Positions 39,601-52,123 of a DNA stretch of 64,000 nucleotides are shown piece by piece. This DNA is from Azolla caroliniana (Eukaryota; Plantae; Polypodiophyta). The stretch spans positions 1,612,001-1,676,000 of the forward strand of contig JBHGNT010000010.1 of the NCBI GenBank assembly GCA_043228905.1, given 5' to 3'. The notes beneath the pieces are model-generated. The model did not search any database and was not told where the DNA came from. It saw nothing but the letters and a program-made list of their open reading frames with translations. The position numbers and the translations under genes are program-made. Every line of letters starts with the position of its first letter. Position 1 is the first letter of the stretch.

Positions 39601-41369
39601 GGTTGAGAAAATTTGGGCGTGTACAAAAGCATAAACCACACAATATAAGAGTATGTTTTCTTGAATTTAAGTAAAGTTGTATAAAATGTGTGGATAACAA
39701 TCAATGGTGACTATCTAGTAGAAATTGTGGTGGACTTTCGGCACAATACTCTAGTCATGTTTACAAGTATGCATTCTCTTATATTGACATTATGATGTAA
39801 TACCACAATGCTATGAGATAGAGACGTAGCAAGACGTAGCTTGAGTCAAAGAAAGAAGGAGAGCCAAAGGTTCATGTAGATATTGACAAACTACTGGATA
39901 TTTGCATCTTTATGAGATTAGCTAGAGACATATGATGGTGACGATGTATTATTGCACTACTATAATGAATAGGACCAATAACATGGCTTGTGAGAGAGGA
40001 GATCACTCTCACACAAGCTAAGTGCTCACTTTGATACACATCACTATATAGGTACAACATGGTATAGAAACAACAAAGCCATCAGTTGTGATTGAGCCTT
40101 GTTATGGTTTAATGCTAAAGGTTTTTATTGTGCAATGAGCATGATCTGGATAAATGCGAGGGGAATTCAGAAAAACAAAATTAAAATTGTTGCAAATTTT
40201 CCTAAACAACCTCAACACATTGAAAGGAAGTTGTTACCAGCTAGTGATGATGATTTGTTGTGTTAAAAATGGACAATGATGTGTGCCTGTTTTATCATTA
40301 CCTTCCATATATGTAAAACAATTCCAAGATATACATCATTGTTTTAAGGTAAAACCACATTGAATATATAAAATAAGATAACTCTATGTGAAAAGTGTAG
40401 TTCATGTAATATAACTTAACTTTCAAGAAATGTAGCTTTACCACGCATTTGACAATCAAAGTCGATCATATGGCACTCACTCATGTAGGGATGAAGTATC
40501 AAGAACAAAGGTTGTGGGATTTTCAAAGCCTATGTTCACTTCGTACAATAAAGCCCAAAATAATGTTCCCCTCATGTTAGATCTAGCTTTAAGTATATTC
40601 CCTTAGTTCTAGTCCATTAGAAACAAGAGAACCACTACAATGTGGACATAAAAACAATGAAGTATATAATCATTTGCTGTGAGTTGTGATTTGAAGACAT
40701 CTAGGACCTAGGTTACAAAGAAGAATTCATGCGCAAATTATATCAGCTTCAAGAATTTTCTCTATTAGGCCATTAATAACGCCAAGGGATTTGTGAGGTC
40801 ATTGTGGTTTATCATGCCATTGTTAAGGTTATATTGCATAGGATCTAGTTCAATTTTTTGCTTCATACTCATTCAAACCAATTAGGTCATTGCTAAGCTA
40901 ATCCCTTGAACTTGTAGTGTTCAATGATACAATTGTTGGGGTCTTAAACTCATGTGATCATATAATGTAGACCCCATGTATAATTGAAGTTGAAGTATGT
41001 AAACCAACGATTTGAGTCACTACCAAGTTAAGAAATGCCTTTATAATGTGTGCACACCCACTCTCAAAACCTTGATCATCTTAAGCCACATTCGAATAAA
41101 ATTGTCATCTTTAGTAATCTGCACTGGCAACATTTCAAAGCAAATGTAAAATGATAGTACAAACATGTTCAGTATTTTAGATGTTCTAGGATAAAAACCT
41201 TAAAATATGAGGTCGCTTCATGATAAATAATATCAATAAATTAAGATGAGTGTTTAATATACCTTTGGGTAAAAGAAAAATCATTCAACATTGATAGTGA
41301 GTCAATGTAATGGGTTCGTCGGATATTAACAAACGTTCTTATAGCCTGGCCATGCTCTGGGGAGTGTTG

Positions 41370-41780
41370 TCATTAATGCGTTCACATTGTGCAGACAACT
41401 ACGAAAATAAGTTTTGGAATCGGTTCAGCTTCCTACTCATGTAAGAAATAATAGGAGCACATGAGAGAACATAATGACATTACACAAAGTTAGAAGAAAT
41501 TATCTATACATATTTCTATCTGAAAAGGTTCCCTTTATTCTTCTTGTAGCCTCGTAGCACTTTGGGATTGGGGGGGGAGGGGGGTGTCTTTAATGCATTC
41601 ACATTGTGAATCAACTTAGGAATCAATAGGGTTTCCTATACATGTAAGAAATAATAGGAGACTGCACGAAAGCATCACAACGGTATACCAACATTACACG
41701 AAGCTAGAAAGAAAGAAAGATATACATTAACGCCTTCTAAGCTAGAGGAAATGTTCTATGTCGCTATCTGAAAGGGTTCT
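41370..41780. repeat. Diverged ~215-bp tandem duplication upstream of HIPP
   Basis: TTAATGC.TTCACATTGTG...CATGTAAGAAATAATAGGAG...ACATTACAC.AAG.TAGAA...CTATCTGAAA.GGTT occurs twice. Confidence 0.75.
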
Positions 41781-42711
41781 CGTTATACACTATCAACCGT
41801 TACGTTCATACTCTCAACCAACGAGTTCAAACTTTCAACCGACTCTTTTAGTTAACGAGGACAATTGTGCTCCTTCCCATCCCTTGCAGGGCTTGGTACC
41901 AAGATAATCTAGGACAACACATTTACCCCCATGCTTGGTAATCGAGGGCTCGAGCATCATCAGGAAATCGAAAAAGATTGGGTGCCTCCTTGCTTCCTTC
42001 GCTTGCAAGCAATGACAACGAGACATGGGTCGTGCAGGACATGCAAGTGATCGGGTGTGGACGATGTACTTGGGAGGACATTGGACACCATTGAAGAAGT
42101 GTTGTAAGGAAGGAAAGAAGCATTCTGTAAGGAAAAGAGAAAAAGGACCATAGTGCCTTATGGTTACATAATGGACACATATATAGTATATACCTTGTAA
42201 AGTTTGTAGCAAGGATTCATAGGGGAAGATCAAAACTGAGAAGAAGAAGAAGAATAAGTTTATTGAATCTATGATCAATAATGGAGCTATTGCATGTATG
42301 TGATGATAATGGTATGTATATGTATAGACATATACAGAAAACATCAATGAAAGAAAGTTATGATCCCAAGGTTCTGGAAAAGTTGGCTATGGTACAGTAA
42401 GAAATGGAAATGGAAGGCTTTTTTGCCCCTGCCACCCCCCCCTTCTCTTATAGGTTGTATGGTGTTCCTTTTCTCTGCTTTTATTTATTTATTCTTCTTA
42501 AGCTACAGTGAAGAGATAAGCACTTGCTATACATATATGTATGTATAAATATTTCCATCTATGAATTGAAAGTGCTTAGTATAGCTTAACTATAGCTCCT
42601 TGCCAGTCACTCCTATCTTTGTTTTCTTGAATACTTACATTCAGCCTAGGCTTCACTGCTTGTTTTTACAGAAGAAGAAGAAGAAGAAGAAGAAGAAGAA
42701 CAACAACAACA

Positions 42712-45607
42712 ATGCCTGAGGTAATCCTCTTCTTTCCTTTCACTTTTGTAGTGAGTAATATGAGGTAATTTGTCTTTCTTTCTCTCTTTCAATGGAGTTA
42801 CATGCAAGTATACTGAACTTAAACTATATTCTTTGAGATGTCTCTATCTCTGATGTTTCATCTCAATAAATCTCTAAAAAGGACCCAAAACCTTGAAATA
42901 CACTAAAACCCCCAAAACCCGAACAGCTAAAAACCCTTCTAGACAGTACTATCGTTTCATTTCTAATGGGTTATCAAAGAGAAAGTATGATCATATAATG
43001 TCCCTGTCATAGCTCATGGCTCACTTTGGCTCACATTCTCGTAGGAGGAGAAGCAAGAGAAGAAAGAGGAGCATGTGGTAAAGGAAGAGGAAAACAAGGT
43101 TGTATTGAAGGTTGACATGCATTGTGAAGGATGTAAAGGAAGAGTAAGAAAAGCCTTGAAAGATATTGTAGGTAAGAACAGCATAATGTCCTCCAAGGAA
43201 CAAGATATGGTGTTCAATATATGATCTAACCTTCATCTTTTGTTTTATTTTTTTCATTTTAATTGTAATTACTGTAGTTTAATAGAATGAAGAGATGGAT
43301 TTCTGATTTCTTTTTTCATGGAGCTCACATTGCATCTCATGCTTATGATTTCCAATGCTTTGACTGTGATTAGTCATGCTATTTAGCTTTTTGCCCTTGG
43401 GACTCCTCAATAGATCGATTTTACATGCACATTAACACATGCCAAGGGGTGCGTATATAGATTTTCCGGAAGTGCAGAAAGCTCCTTTTAGTGTATTCTG
43501 ATCCTTAGGAAGAGAGTAAAAGAGCATGGGGAGGTGTTCAATGATGAGATTTTTGTCGACATTCTAGGTCCTGCGAATATCGATCTCAATTTGTCTGAAC
43601 AAAAGGTAACTGTCAATGGGAAGATGGATGCCCAAAAGGTGTTCGAGGCGGTAAAAAAGAAGTTTGGAAATAGAACATTGCTCCTCTTCCCGGAAACCCC
43701 AAAGGAAGAAGAAAAGAAAGACGAGAAGAAGGAAGAAAGTAAGGCACAACCAAATGAGCCGGTAAGTCAGTTCTCGCAAATTCATGATGAATGAATGGGA
43801 AAATACACCAGTGTGGTTTGATTCATGATGAATGAATGGAAAAAAGACACCAGTGTGATTTGATTGATTCATGATGAATGAATGGAAAAAAGACACCAGT
43901 GTGATTTGATTGATTCATGATGAATGAATGGAAAAAATACACCAGTGTGATTGATTGATTCATGATGAATGAATGGAAAAAATACACCAGTGTGATTGAT
44001 TGATTCGTGATGAATGAATGGAAAAAACACCAGTGTGATTGATTCATGATGAATGAATGGAAAATACACCAGTGTGATTTGATTCACGATGAATGAATGG
44101 AAAAAAAACCAGTGTCATTGATTCATGATGAATGAATGGAAAATACACCAGTGTGATTTGATTCACGATGAATGTATGAATGAATTGCAATGGAGTTGTC
44201 GATGAGTTCCCATCTCACTTTGTTGCGAAAAAAATTCTGTTGAGTGGATGGTGATGATTCCATGTCTCAAATTGTTAGAAAAGATTCTTGTTAAAAAGGG
44301 TGTTGCCTTTTTTTTCCCCCCTCTGTGTCCTTGTCCCTTATTCTTATCCTTCTGTAACTTTTTTTTATTTTATATTTTGAAATTCAAAAAAAGCCGCCGA
44401 TTACTACCTTGGAGCTCAAAGTGAAAATGCATTGTGGTGCATGTGCTAAGGATATCAAGAAGCGACTCTTGAAAATCGATGGTACGAATGAATATATGCA
44501 TTATGGTATAAAACCTTAAACACTAGACACTAAACACTAAACACCAAGCTAATATGCATATATGTATTCACATTTTCTTTGGAACCCAATAGGTTATTGT
44601 GCAATATAATTATGCCGAACTAACTAATTAAATGATACTACGCTGTAAGATAACCTATCATTTCTGGAACTAATTCATTACGATGCAACCTAATTAGAGC
44701 AATTTGATTAGATCAATTTATCGAACTTGATGTAACCCAATTAAATAATACTAACTTTCTATTCAAACTAACTAGATTAAACTTATAAATTATGAGGAAA
44801 ATTGATTAAATCACACAAATTAATGATCATGCAGCTAACTCTCTATTCAATCAAACTAGATTAAACTAGTAATATATGATGAAAATTAATTAAATCAAAC
44901 AAATTAATGATGATGCAGTGACTGAATTACAACTTAGTTACCAAAGAAGCTCTTATTTGAGTGCGTAATCAGACTAAACAGATATGATGTTAACTTGCTT
45001 AGATCATCATACAAAATGATTAGATTGAAATATCCTTCAGTCTTCTACTATTTGACATGAGATAGCTTAAATACAACAAGAAATACTAGGAAGATAATAC
45101 ACATTATCCTATATATTTGTGAGTTGTGTATAGTCCATATATAATAGAATATTGCTAGTTACCATTATGCATTTGTTGACATGGAATATGTATGGAAGTT
45201 TAGTACGATGAAACCCTCACTTGTGAATCTTTGGATCATGCACTTGTGTAGGAGTTGTGGAGGTGAATGAAGATTTGGTAAGTGGGAAAGTGGTAATGAA
45301 AGGTAAAGGGTTAGATGGGGAGAAGGTATGTGCAAAATTAAGAAAAGCTGGCAAACATTGTCATATCGTACCACCACCTGAACCTCCAAAGGAAGAAGAA
45401 AAGAAAGAGGAGAAGAAAGAAGGCGCAGAGAATGGCGAGAAGAATGGAGAAGACAAGGAAGACAAAAAAGATGAAGGAAACAATAATAATATCAAGGTAG
45501 AGGTGAGAAGATATGTTTATCCCCCTCATCATGGCATCATAGTGGAGTACATGTATCCTCCCCAGCTCTTTAGTGATGAGAATCCAAATGCTTGCAACAT
45601 CATGTAG
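42712..45607 (+). CDS. HIPP: Heavy-metal-associated isoprenylated plant protein with two HMA domains, 5 exons
   Basis: Exons 42712-42720 (MPE), 43045-43171 (VLKVDMHCEGC), 43568-43761, 44394-44481 (LKVKMHCGAC), 45252-45607. C-terminus PQLFSDENPNACNIM* (CaaX). Phases are consistent. TATA-like GTATAAATA at ~42543 and (GAA)n(CAA)n before the ATG. Confidence 0.95.
43780..44185. repeat. Intronic minisatellite, 9 full units of 39-46 bp plus a partial unit (HIPP intron 3)
   Basis: Unit ATTCATGATGAATGAATGGAAAA(A)(A)TACACCAGTGTGATT(GATT)G. Starts at 43780, 43821, 43867, 43913, 43958, 44003, 44042, 44082, 44121 and 44161. Confidence 0.97.
44755..44920. repeat. ~83-bp tandem duplication in HIPP intron 4
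   Basis: TCTATTCAA...AACTAGATTAAACT...ATGA.GAAAATT.ATTAAATCA.ACAAATTAATGAT.ATGCAG occurs twice. Confidence 0.85.
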
Positions 45608-47665
45608 AATCAAGAGTGAATATTATATTCATCTTTTTTGTTATACAATATGGGGGAGTTACAACGAGAGAGTCCCAACTCCACTTGTAAACAATAATCT
45701 ATAAATAATATATACTATCACAAGTAGGATCTATAACGTTTACAAAAGTTAGCCGACACCAATGATTGATGCATGAATCTAGTGCAAAAGATTGATGCAT
45801 GCATCTAATGCCAATGATTAACGTGTCTCTAATGCATAGTGGAAGAAGTTACTTACGATTTTCAAGTGTTTGACGAAGAAGTCTTTGAAAGACCCACTTT
45901 TTATCGTGCTCAACAGAAATTTCTTTATCAAAAGCAAGGGTTTTGTGCCATTATAGACTAGAATTGATTACATCAGATGTTTTGTCATCCATGAGAAAAC
46001 CAAATTTGACCTATGGGACAAAATCAACGTATCTTCTTTTATCTGACTCTTTCCTAGGAAGGGGACACTTGATTATGTCACTTACATTATCATCCACGTG
46101 TAACAAGTCATCATGTTTCTCATGAATTACCTTATATGCTAAGTATGTGATGTGTTATTCATCCTCCACTTGATTGTGTACCTTACATATTTTTGTATTC
46201 AAGTAATGAAGCCATGATGCTAACTTGACTCTTAACCTATGTGAGTTTGAAGAAGTGGTAAGACTCTTCGAGAGCCAATGCTCATGGGAGTATGGAGATG
46301 TGATTGGATACAATCTGGCATATTTACCTTGTATTGGGACCAATGTTGGGGGTTAATATTTGTAGTGTAATATTTTAATTTTGACATTTTGAGCTCTTCC
46401 CACTTCATCCCAAGTGTCTCTAATAATCTATCCTTGATGATCACATACTTTAAAGCATCATTGAACAACTCCGATAGATCTTTTACCCCTCATCTCTTAA
46501 ACCAAATTTCCTAATATCAAGCATCCACCTACATGAGAATACTTATTTCTATACCTTTTGTAGTGTGAGTACGTTAACCCCTAATTGTATATGTAAGAAC
46601 ATTTTGAATTTTTGCTATTTTATTCCATGCACTAAGTGAGATAGCGTCACCGCACACTTCACTCCATAAAGCAACACTTGCACTACCATAGCATTGAATA
46701 ACATCAATCTCAATTCCCATCCTCGAGTATCTCTTTGATTGCATTATTCTCAAACATATAATTATTCCAATCCACTTGAAATCTAGCCTCATTGCATGCA
46801 TTCATTCTAGTTATTTGTAGATGGGATATCAATACTAATTTTTTTGAAGCTTTGCACTTCTATTGGTTTGTTCTTGTATGTAAAAGTGTGTCTTGGTTGT
46901 ATTGCCTTTATTGCTATTATTTTTGTTTGTCCATGTCATCAATTAGCCAACTAATTTGATAGAATGTGTCCAATACATAAAGTGTTGCATATCATCCAAA
47001 GTATACAATAATAGAACATCAACATATAGGAGTGTAAAAATAAGCTTATGCATGAGTTTTAGGCCATCCAATCCACGATGACTAAGGAGATGATTGCGGG
47101 CTTGTTGAATGCTTGATTGCTACTATTGCATGTGTCGACTCCTGAATCACGACGAAGTGCCCTCAAACAAGGAAACCATTATAATTACAAATGGTCCATG
47201 TGCTTGATATTAAATATTTCCAAGAAAATCATATAGTGATGACATTCCTTTGTTTCATTGTGGTTCAAGAGTATCGTATATATAGCTTCAGTCAGATTTA
47301 AATGAATTCATAAAATTTCGTTCCATCATTTTGAAGGAGAATGAAGTTTCACCCATGTAAGTATGGATTTCAATTGAATATACATAAAATTACAATGTCC
47401 TGACTCCTCTCACAGATTCGTGGTGATTGCTCATATGGACTTCAATAAATAATATATATGTACATTAAAGAGTAATCAACAATTTTTTACATTCTAGCAG
47501 CTTGGGTTTGATCGCGCTTTCCTTTTCTTTCTGTCGAATATTTGGTATCGTAAGTGTCACTAATTCTGCCAGCAAATCACTTTCAAGATTTTCGTGTAGG
47601 TTGTGCATTTTGAAGCATTGTGTGAAGAAAATCAATTTATATTATCTACTCTAAACCTTTCTTAC

Positions 47666-49534
47666 CTATCCACTCAGCAACTGTATCATGTGAGACAAAA
47701 CAACATAAGGACCAGCTGTCCTACAATTCATGTTCAGCAAACGATAGGAAGCATTTTCTGCTTTAGCCACATCCATATGCATTCTGCATGCACCTAGTAA
47801 AGACATCCATGAAGAGATAGTGGGTACTATTGGCATACTCTCAATCAAATCCTCTCCTTCATCAAGCTTTCCAAGCCGTCCAAGCAAATCAATCATGCAG
47901 TTATAATGTTCCACAGTAGACCTGATACCATGTTCAAGTTGCATGGTAGAAAACAATAAACAGGCTTCAGTAATAAGGCCAGCATGGCTACATCCAGAAA
48001 GAATGTTATAGAATGTAAACCTGTCTGGTATAACACCTTCCCATGTCATCTGCATAAAGAGTAGTAGAGCATCTTTTCCTTTTCCATATAACGCATATGC
48101 TCCAATATAAACATTCCATGAAAATAGGTCTCGCTGAAGCATCTTATTGAATATTCTTTGAGCATCCTCAAGATGGCCACATTTAGCATACATATCAATG
48201 AGTGCATTTAACAGTAGAAGGTCAGAATCCATTGCAAAGATGATAATTTGACCATGAGCAAGTTGACCTTCTACCAAATCTACCTCGATAGCACAAGCAG
48301 AGAGGACAGATGCAAAGGTAGCAGGTGTAGGGCAAATAGGTTCTTCTACAATCAAGTGGAAGATCTCTAGTGCTTCTCGACAATGCCCATGCTGGACATA
48401 GGAAGCAATCATTGTATTCCAAGATATAATTGTCTTGAATTTCATTTTGTCAAATAGTTCACGAGCATCCTCTAAACTGCCCAACTTGCCATACAAAGTA
48501 ACAAGGGCTGTAGATACTAGGGCATCTGAATCAAAGCCAAAGTAACAAGCATATCCATGTACTGAATAACCATCCTCTAGTTTGCGACATGCTTCAAGGA
48601 TAGTCAAGAAACTAATGCAACTTGGGGTCACATGTTTCAACTGCATAAGCCAAAAAAATTCTAATGCTTTACTATATTCCCCATTCTGCACGTAAGTCGC
48701 AGCTACAGCATTCCATGTAACCACATTCTGTATATGCATTTTTTGAAACATTCTAATAGAACCATCTAAGCTTCTACATTGTCCATACATAGTCACAAGG
48801 GCAGTTCCTACATACACATCAGATTCGAATCCACTCTCTATGATTTCAGCATGCAGACGCTCACCTTTGTTCAGAAAGTCCTTGCTTACACATGCATCAA
48901 GAATGGTGACATATACAACTTTATCTGGTCTTATACCTTCCAAATGCATCGACTGAAAAAGATTTAACGCAAATAACATCTTTCCATGTGTTACACAAGC
49001 ACCAAGCATCAATGACCATGAATATACATTCCGATGACGAATCTTTCGGAATACATCAAAGGAATCTTTGAAAGAACCACATTTGCTATACATCTGTACA
49101 AGAAGGTTCCCTAGAAATGTATCTGTGGCAAATTTGCTATGATACAGGATATGTTCATGGATCTTCTTACCTTCTTCCAGAGCTTCGTAATCACCACAGC
49201 TCCTTATGAGAGAAGCATATGAAGATCTATCTAAAGAAGCATCATTTGCAAGGTCCGATAAGCACGCTTCCATTTGGCCAATGTGTTCTTCATCAAAATC
49301 AGGTTCGCCTAAGACCACCTGTGATCTTCCCTTAAAACTTTTGTTATCAGGGATTCGAATCTCTGTAGCGTGTAGAAAACACGAAACCTGTGCTTTACAT
49401 GGTAAAAAGGACAGCGATTCCTTTTTCTGACTTTGGAATGGAGAATCCACATTTCCGCTTGGGGAGGAGATATGAAGGTCGTGAGATCGGTGGCGAGCAG
49501 TGGCGACACAGTTGCAGGTAACTAGAATCGTCAT
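47666..49534 (-). CDS. PLS-class pentatricopeptide repeat protein with truncated E region (organellar RNA editing-type factor), ~622 aa
   Basis: Intronless ORF with repeated PLS motifs (GNLLVQMYSKCGS, GTALVTMYGQC, SWNTMIASYVQHG, LNALIDMYAKCGHLEDA) and an E-type end HYNCMIDLLGRLG...SWMSLLGACRMH...YVVLSH. No DYW domain. Likely start is ATG 49534 (MTILVTCNC, transit-peptide-like). The ORF-track extension to 49852 is translated TA/CA repeat. Confidence 0.92.
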   Translation of the reverse strand: MTILVTCNCVATARHRSHDLHISSPSGNVDSPFQSQKKESLSFLPCKAQVSCFLHATEIRIPDNKSFKGRSQVVLGEPDFDEEHIGQMEACLSDLANDASLDRSSYASLIRSCGDYEALEEGKKIHEHILYHSKFATDTFLGNLLVQMYSKCGSFKDSFDVFRKIRHRNVYSWSLMLGACVTHGKMLFALNLFQSMHLEGIRPDKVVYVTILDACVSKDFLNKGERLHAEIIESGFESDVYVGTALVTMYGQCRSLDGSIRMFQKMHIQNVVTWNAVAATYVQNGEYSKALEFFWLMQLKHVTPSCISFLTILEACRKLEDGYSVHGYACYFGFDSDALVSTALVTLYGKLGSLEDARELFDKMKFKTIISWNTMIASYVQHGHCREALEIFHLIVEEPICPTPATFASVLSACAIEVDLVEGQLAHGQIIIFAMDSDLLLLNALIDMYAKCGHLEDAQRIFNKMLQRDLFSWNVYIGAYALYGKGKDALLLFMQMTWEGVIPDRFTFYNILSGCSHAGLITEACLLFSTMQLEHGIRSTVEHYNCMIDLLGRLGKLDEGEDLIESMPIVPTISSWMSLLGACRMHMDVAKAENASYRLLNMNCRTAGPYVVLSHMIQLLSG

Positions 49535-49639
49535 CGAAACAGGTCGAATTCTGTGCCCGCCATCGCTATGGTGCAGAGAGAAACAGAGCAGGTTTAAACA
49601 ATATAGGATCAAAAGTGTTTGTGTTGATAATGGTGTTTG

Positions 49640-49800
49640 TATACATATACATATGTACATACACATATATATACGGTATACCGTATACATATACATACCA
49701 CATAAGTATATACGTATACGTATACATATACATATCCATTTACGTACACATTTACATGTACACACACAAATGCATGTGCGTACACATGCACAAATGTAAT
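49640..49800. repeat. Degenerate (TACA/TA/CG) purine-pyrimidine low-complexity tract in the PPR upstream region
   Basis: Direct reading, e.g. ATACATATACATATGTACATACACATATATATACG. Confidence 0.85.
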
Positions 49801-49865
49801 ACTCTCTTTGGATGATCGTGAAGTTTGGCACATAACGCTCGAAGAGTCTCACATAATGTTAGAAA

Positions 49866-50110
49866 TTTCACGTGCAACCTACGGTTTCACGGGATATGGC
49901 GTTTTACCACGTGTTGACTTCAATCGGTTGAATTGGGGGGCAATTGTAGGACCTTGACATGTAACCTGCGACTTTCTCCGATCTTGTAGCTTTACCACGT
50001 GTCGAGTCTGGTTGGAATGGTGGCAACATTAGGATGTTGACATGTAACCTCTGATTTCATCGAACATGTTTTTTTCCCTACTGCGTGCCAAGCATTGTTG
50101 GAATGGTAAC
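49866..50110. promoter_or_regulatory. ~85-bp x3 degenerate repeat carrying three G-boxes upstream of the PPR gene
   Basis: CACGTG at 49869, 49908 and 49996. Unit landmark TTGACATGTAACCT at 49954 and 50037, with a related TTCACGTGCAACCT at 49867. Confidence 0.55.
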
Positions 50111-50423
50111 TCTTCCAACTTGGTTGTCCAATGACATCCTACAACTTTTAATTGATTGTCCAAACGCACAAATGTAATTCATTTCCTTAAATCCGCATAA
50201 TATTACGAAAAAGGTCATGTGTTTGTGTTTCTTGGCATGACTTGTTCACCGCCTCTTCCAAGAGAGTTAACATTTCGTCCAAATTGTAGTCTTACACTCG
50301 TCATTCCAACCCTTGAAAACTCTTCTTTAAAGAGACATTACTCTCCTCCAACTCATCTTTTAGATACTTATAGTTATAGGCATGACCATATAATATCCCG
50401 TGGTAAGTTGTATCGTAGCATTC

Positions 50424-50874
50424 TGTTAGAGCTTTATCCTAATATAAGCAAAAGATAAGGAAATATAAGATAGGAAAATAGAGAAGAGAGAGAAAGAAGG
50501 GTGCCGATCCACCCAACCACCCCCGAGCGAAGGGATCGAGATGGACTTGAGCCTCAATCCACGTCCCATACCACCGTCGTGGCATCAAGTCATACTTGAT
50601 ACTGGCACACTCGCTACAATAATTAATCACCACAAGATCAGAGTCTTGACGTAGTTGATAATGTATCAAATGAGGGTAGCTAGGCCTCATATTTATAGCT
50701 AGACCTAAGGCCCCATGCAAGTTCACACTTGGCCTTAATGGGTTGTCTCAATTCATAGGATTAAAAGTAATCCTCCCTTATTTACACTCTCGATTAGCCC
50801 TCACAAGTTATCCTCGTGTGTAGAATACTACAATACAACTTACCACAAAATAATATATGGTTGTGCCCGTAACA
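50424..50874 (-). mobile_element. Probable solo LTR (~450 bp)
   Basis: TGTTA...TAACA termini, minus-strand CTATAAATA promoter box at ~50690, then a CT-rich U5-like region. Flanks CATTC / CTTAC match only partly. Confidence 0.5.
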
Positions 50875-51412
50875 CTTACACTATTCTTTGGTATTGCTTT
50901 TTATCAACACTTTTTAACACAAACCACATGCTATTATTGAGAGGTTGCAATTCTACAAAGATGTCGTGCCACCTTTAGTTATCAACACTATGTTGTTGTC
51001 AATGATCTAATTTTTCTACTCTTCAAGTCATTATGAGCTTCAAAATATTTGCTCCACTTAATCTCTTCAACATTGGTCTCATTCCATGTCTTGATGCCCA
51101 TAAACTTTAGTGGACTTATGATTTTAAGGCAAAGTTGTTTCGGAATATGTTTATGATAATATTCATATATTATCATCGTAGAAAAACACTTGAAGTTCTA
51201 CATACAAGTTTTCATGGTTCCGAGGATGGATTATTTGGTGTGGGGAAAAGTATACAAGGAATTAGGATGCAATATTGAACTAGATAGTTATGAAAGATGC
51301 TTCTTAATCGTTAGTGTTGCAACTTAAGGATCTATGAAGTTAGCTTAACTATAATTCAAATTAATTAGCAAATATAAAAGATAGTGGAATACATTTTAAG
51401 TAACAAAAATGA

Positions 51413-51813
51413 TGTGCCAAAGAAGAAGAATGAATGAGTGGATTTTACCTAGTTTTTGTATTGTTTGAGAGTATCTCTTCCATGTCCTCTAGTGGAAGCT
51501 CTCTTAGTTTAAGTGCAGGCATTCTTCCTTCCTTATCATTTTCCTTGTTTTGAAGATCTACTAGGTATTTTATCTCTCTATTTTGATGTTTTTTCTCTTT
51601 TTCTTTTTTGATGAAACACACATTTGTGTTAATGAGTGTGTGGAAAACACCACAATTGAGTGGTCTCAAGTCTACACGGGTAGTGAGACATGATGAATTG
51701 CCAATAGGCAAGGCAATAACAACACTATGCGAATAATTTTGAAATGCTCCAATAAATAAAAATGGACTAACAATACCCCCCTTGCCTTTAATCATATATA
51801 TGCTCTAACACCA
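51413..51813 (-). mobile_element. LTR-retrotransposon end fragment: PPT + 3' LTR, with an adjacent PBS-like motif
   Basis: On the minus strand AAGGGGGGTAT (PPT-like, 51773-51783) is immediately followed by TGTTAG at 51772. TGGTGTTAGAGC at 51813-51802 differs by 2 nt from the tRNA-iMet PBS TGGTATCAGAGC. Confidence 0.45.
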
Positions 51814-52123
51814 TGCCTACCATCAAAATATAAAAGCATTATGGATATCCCAATTATGATGCAATCTCCAATATCTATAAAAGAGGAAACACCTCATCAC
51901 AACTAAAGGAACCAACTTGGAAGCACAAGATCTCATGTGGTAGATGGCTGAGCAACTACCAATTTGCCACCAAAGCCTTCTAACTAAAATAGGTAGTAGA
52001 TGGGGTTGAGCTTCATCTACTCCAAGTGGATCACAAGTTAGGCTTTAGGAAAGGAAGGAGGCTAACTTTTTGTATGTGGAAGGCACAACTAAGATGGAGG
52101 ATATAAAACATGTGCACCATGAG

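Noticed and set aside
41835-42347. 170-aa minus-strand ORF upstream of HIPP
   Set aside because: No domain similarity. It spans low-complexity tracts and has no supporting gene structure.
43780-44185. CRISPR-like array or C/D snoRNA cluster (each unit has ATGATGA)
   Set aside because: No unique spacers, no cas genes and a eukaryotic intron context. No CTGA box D partners. It is a minisatellite.
49535-49852. Cys/Ile/Tyr-rich N-terminal 106 aa of the PPR ORF
   Set aside because: Translation of TA/CA low-complexity repeat from a non-ATG start. The real start is more likely 49534.
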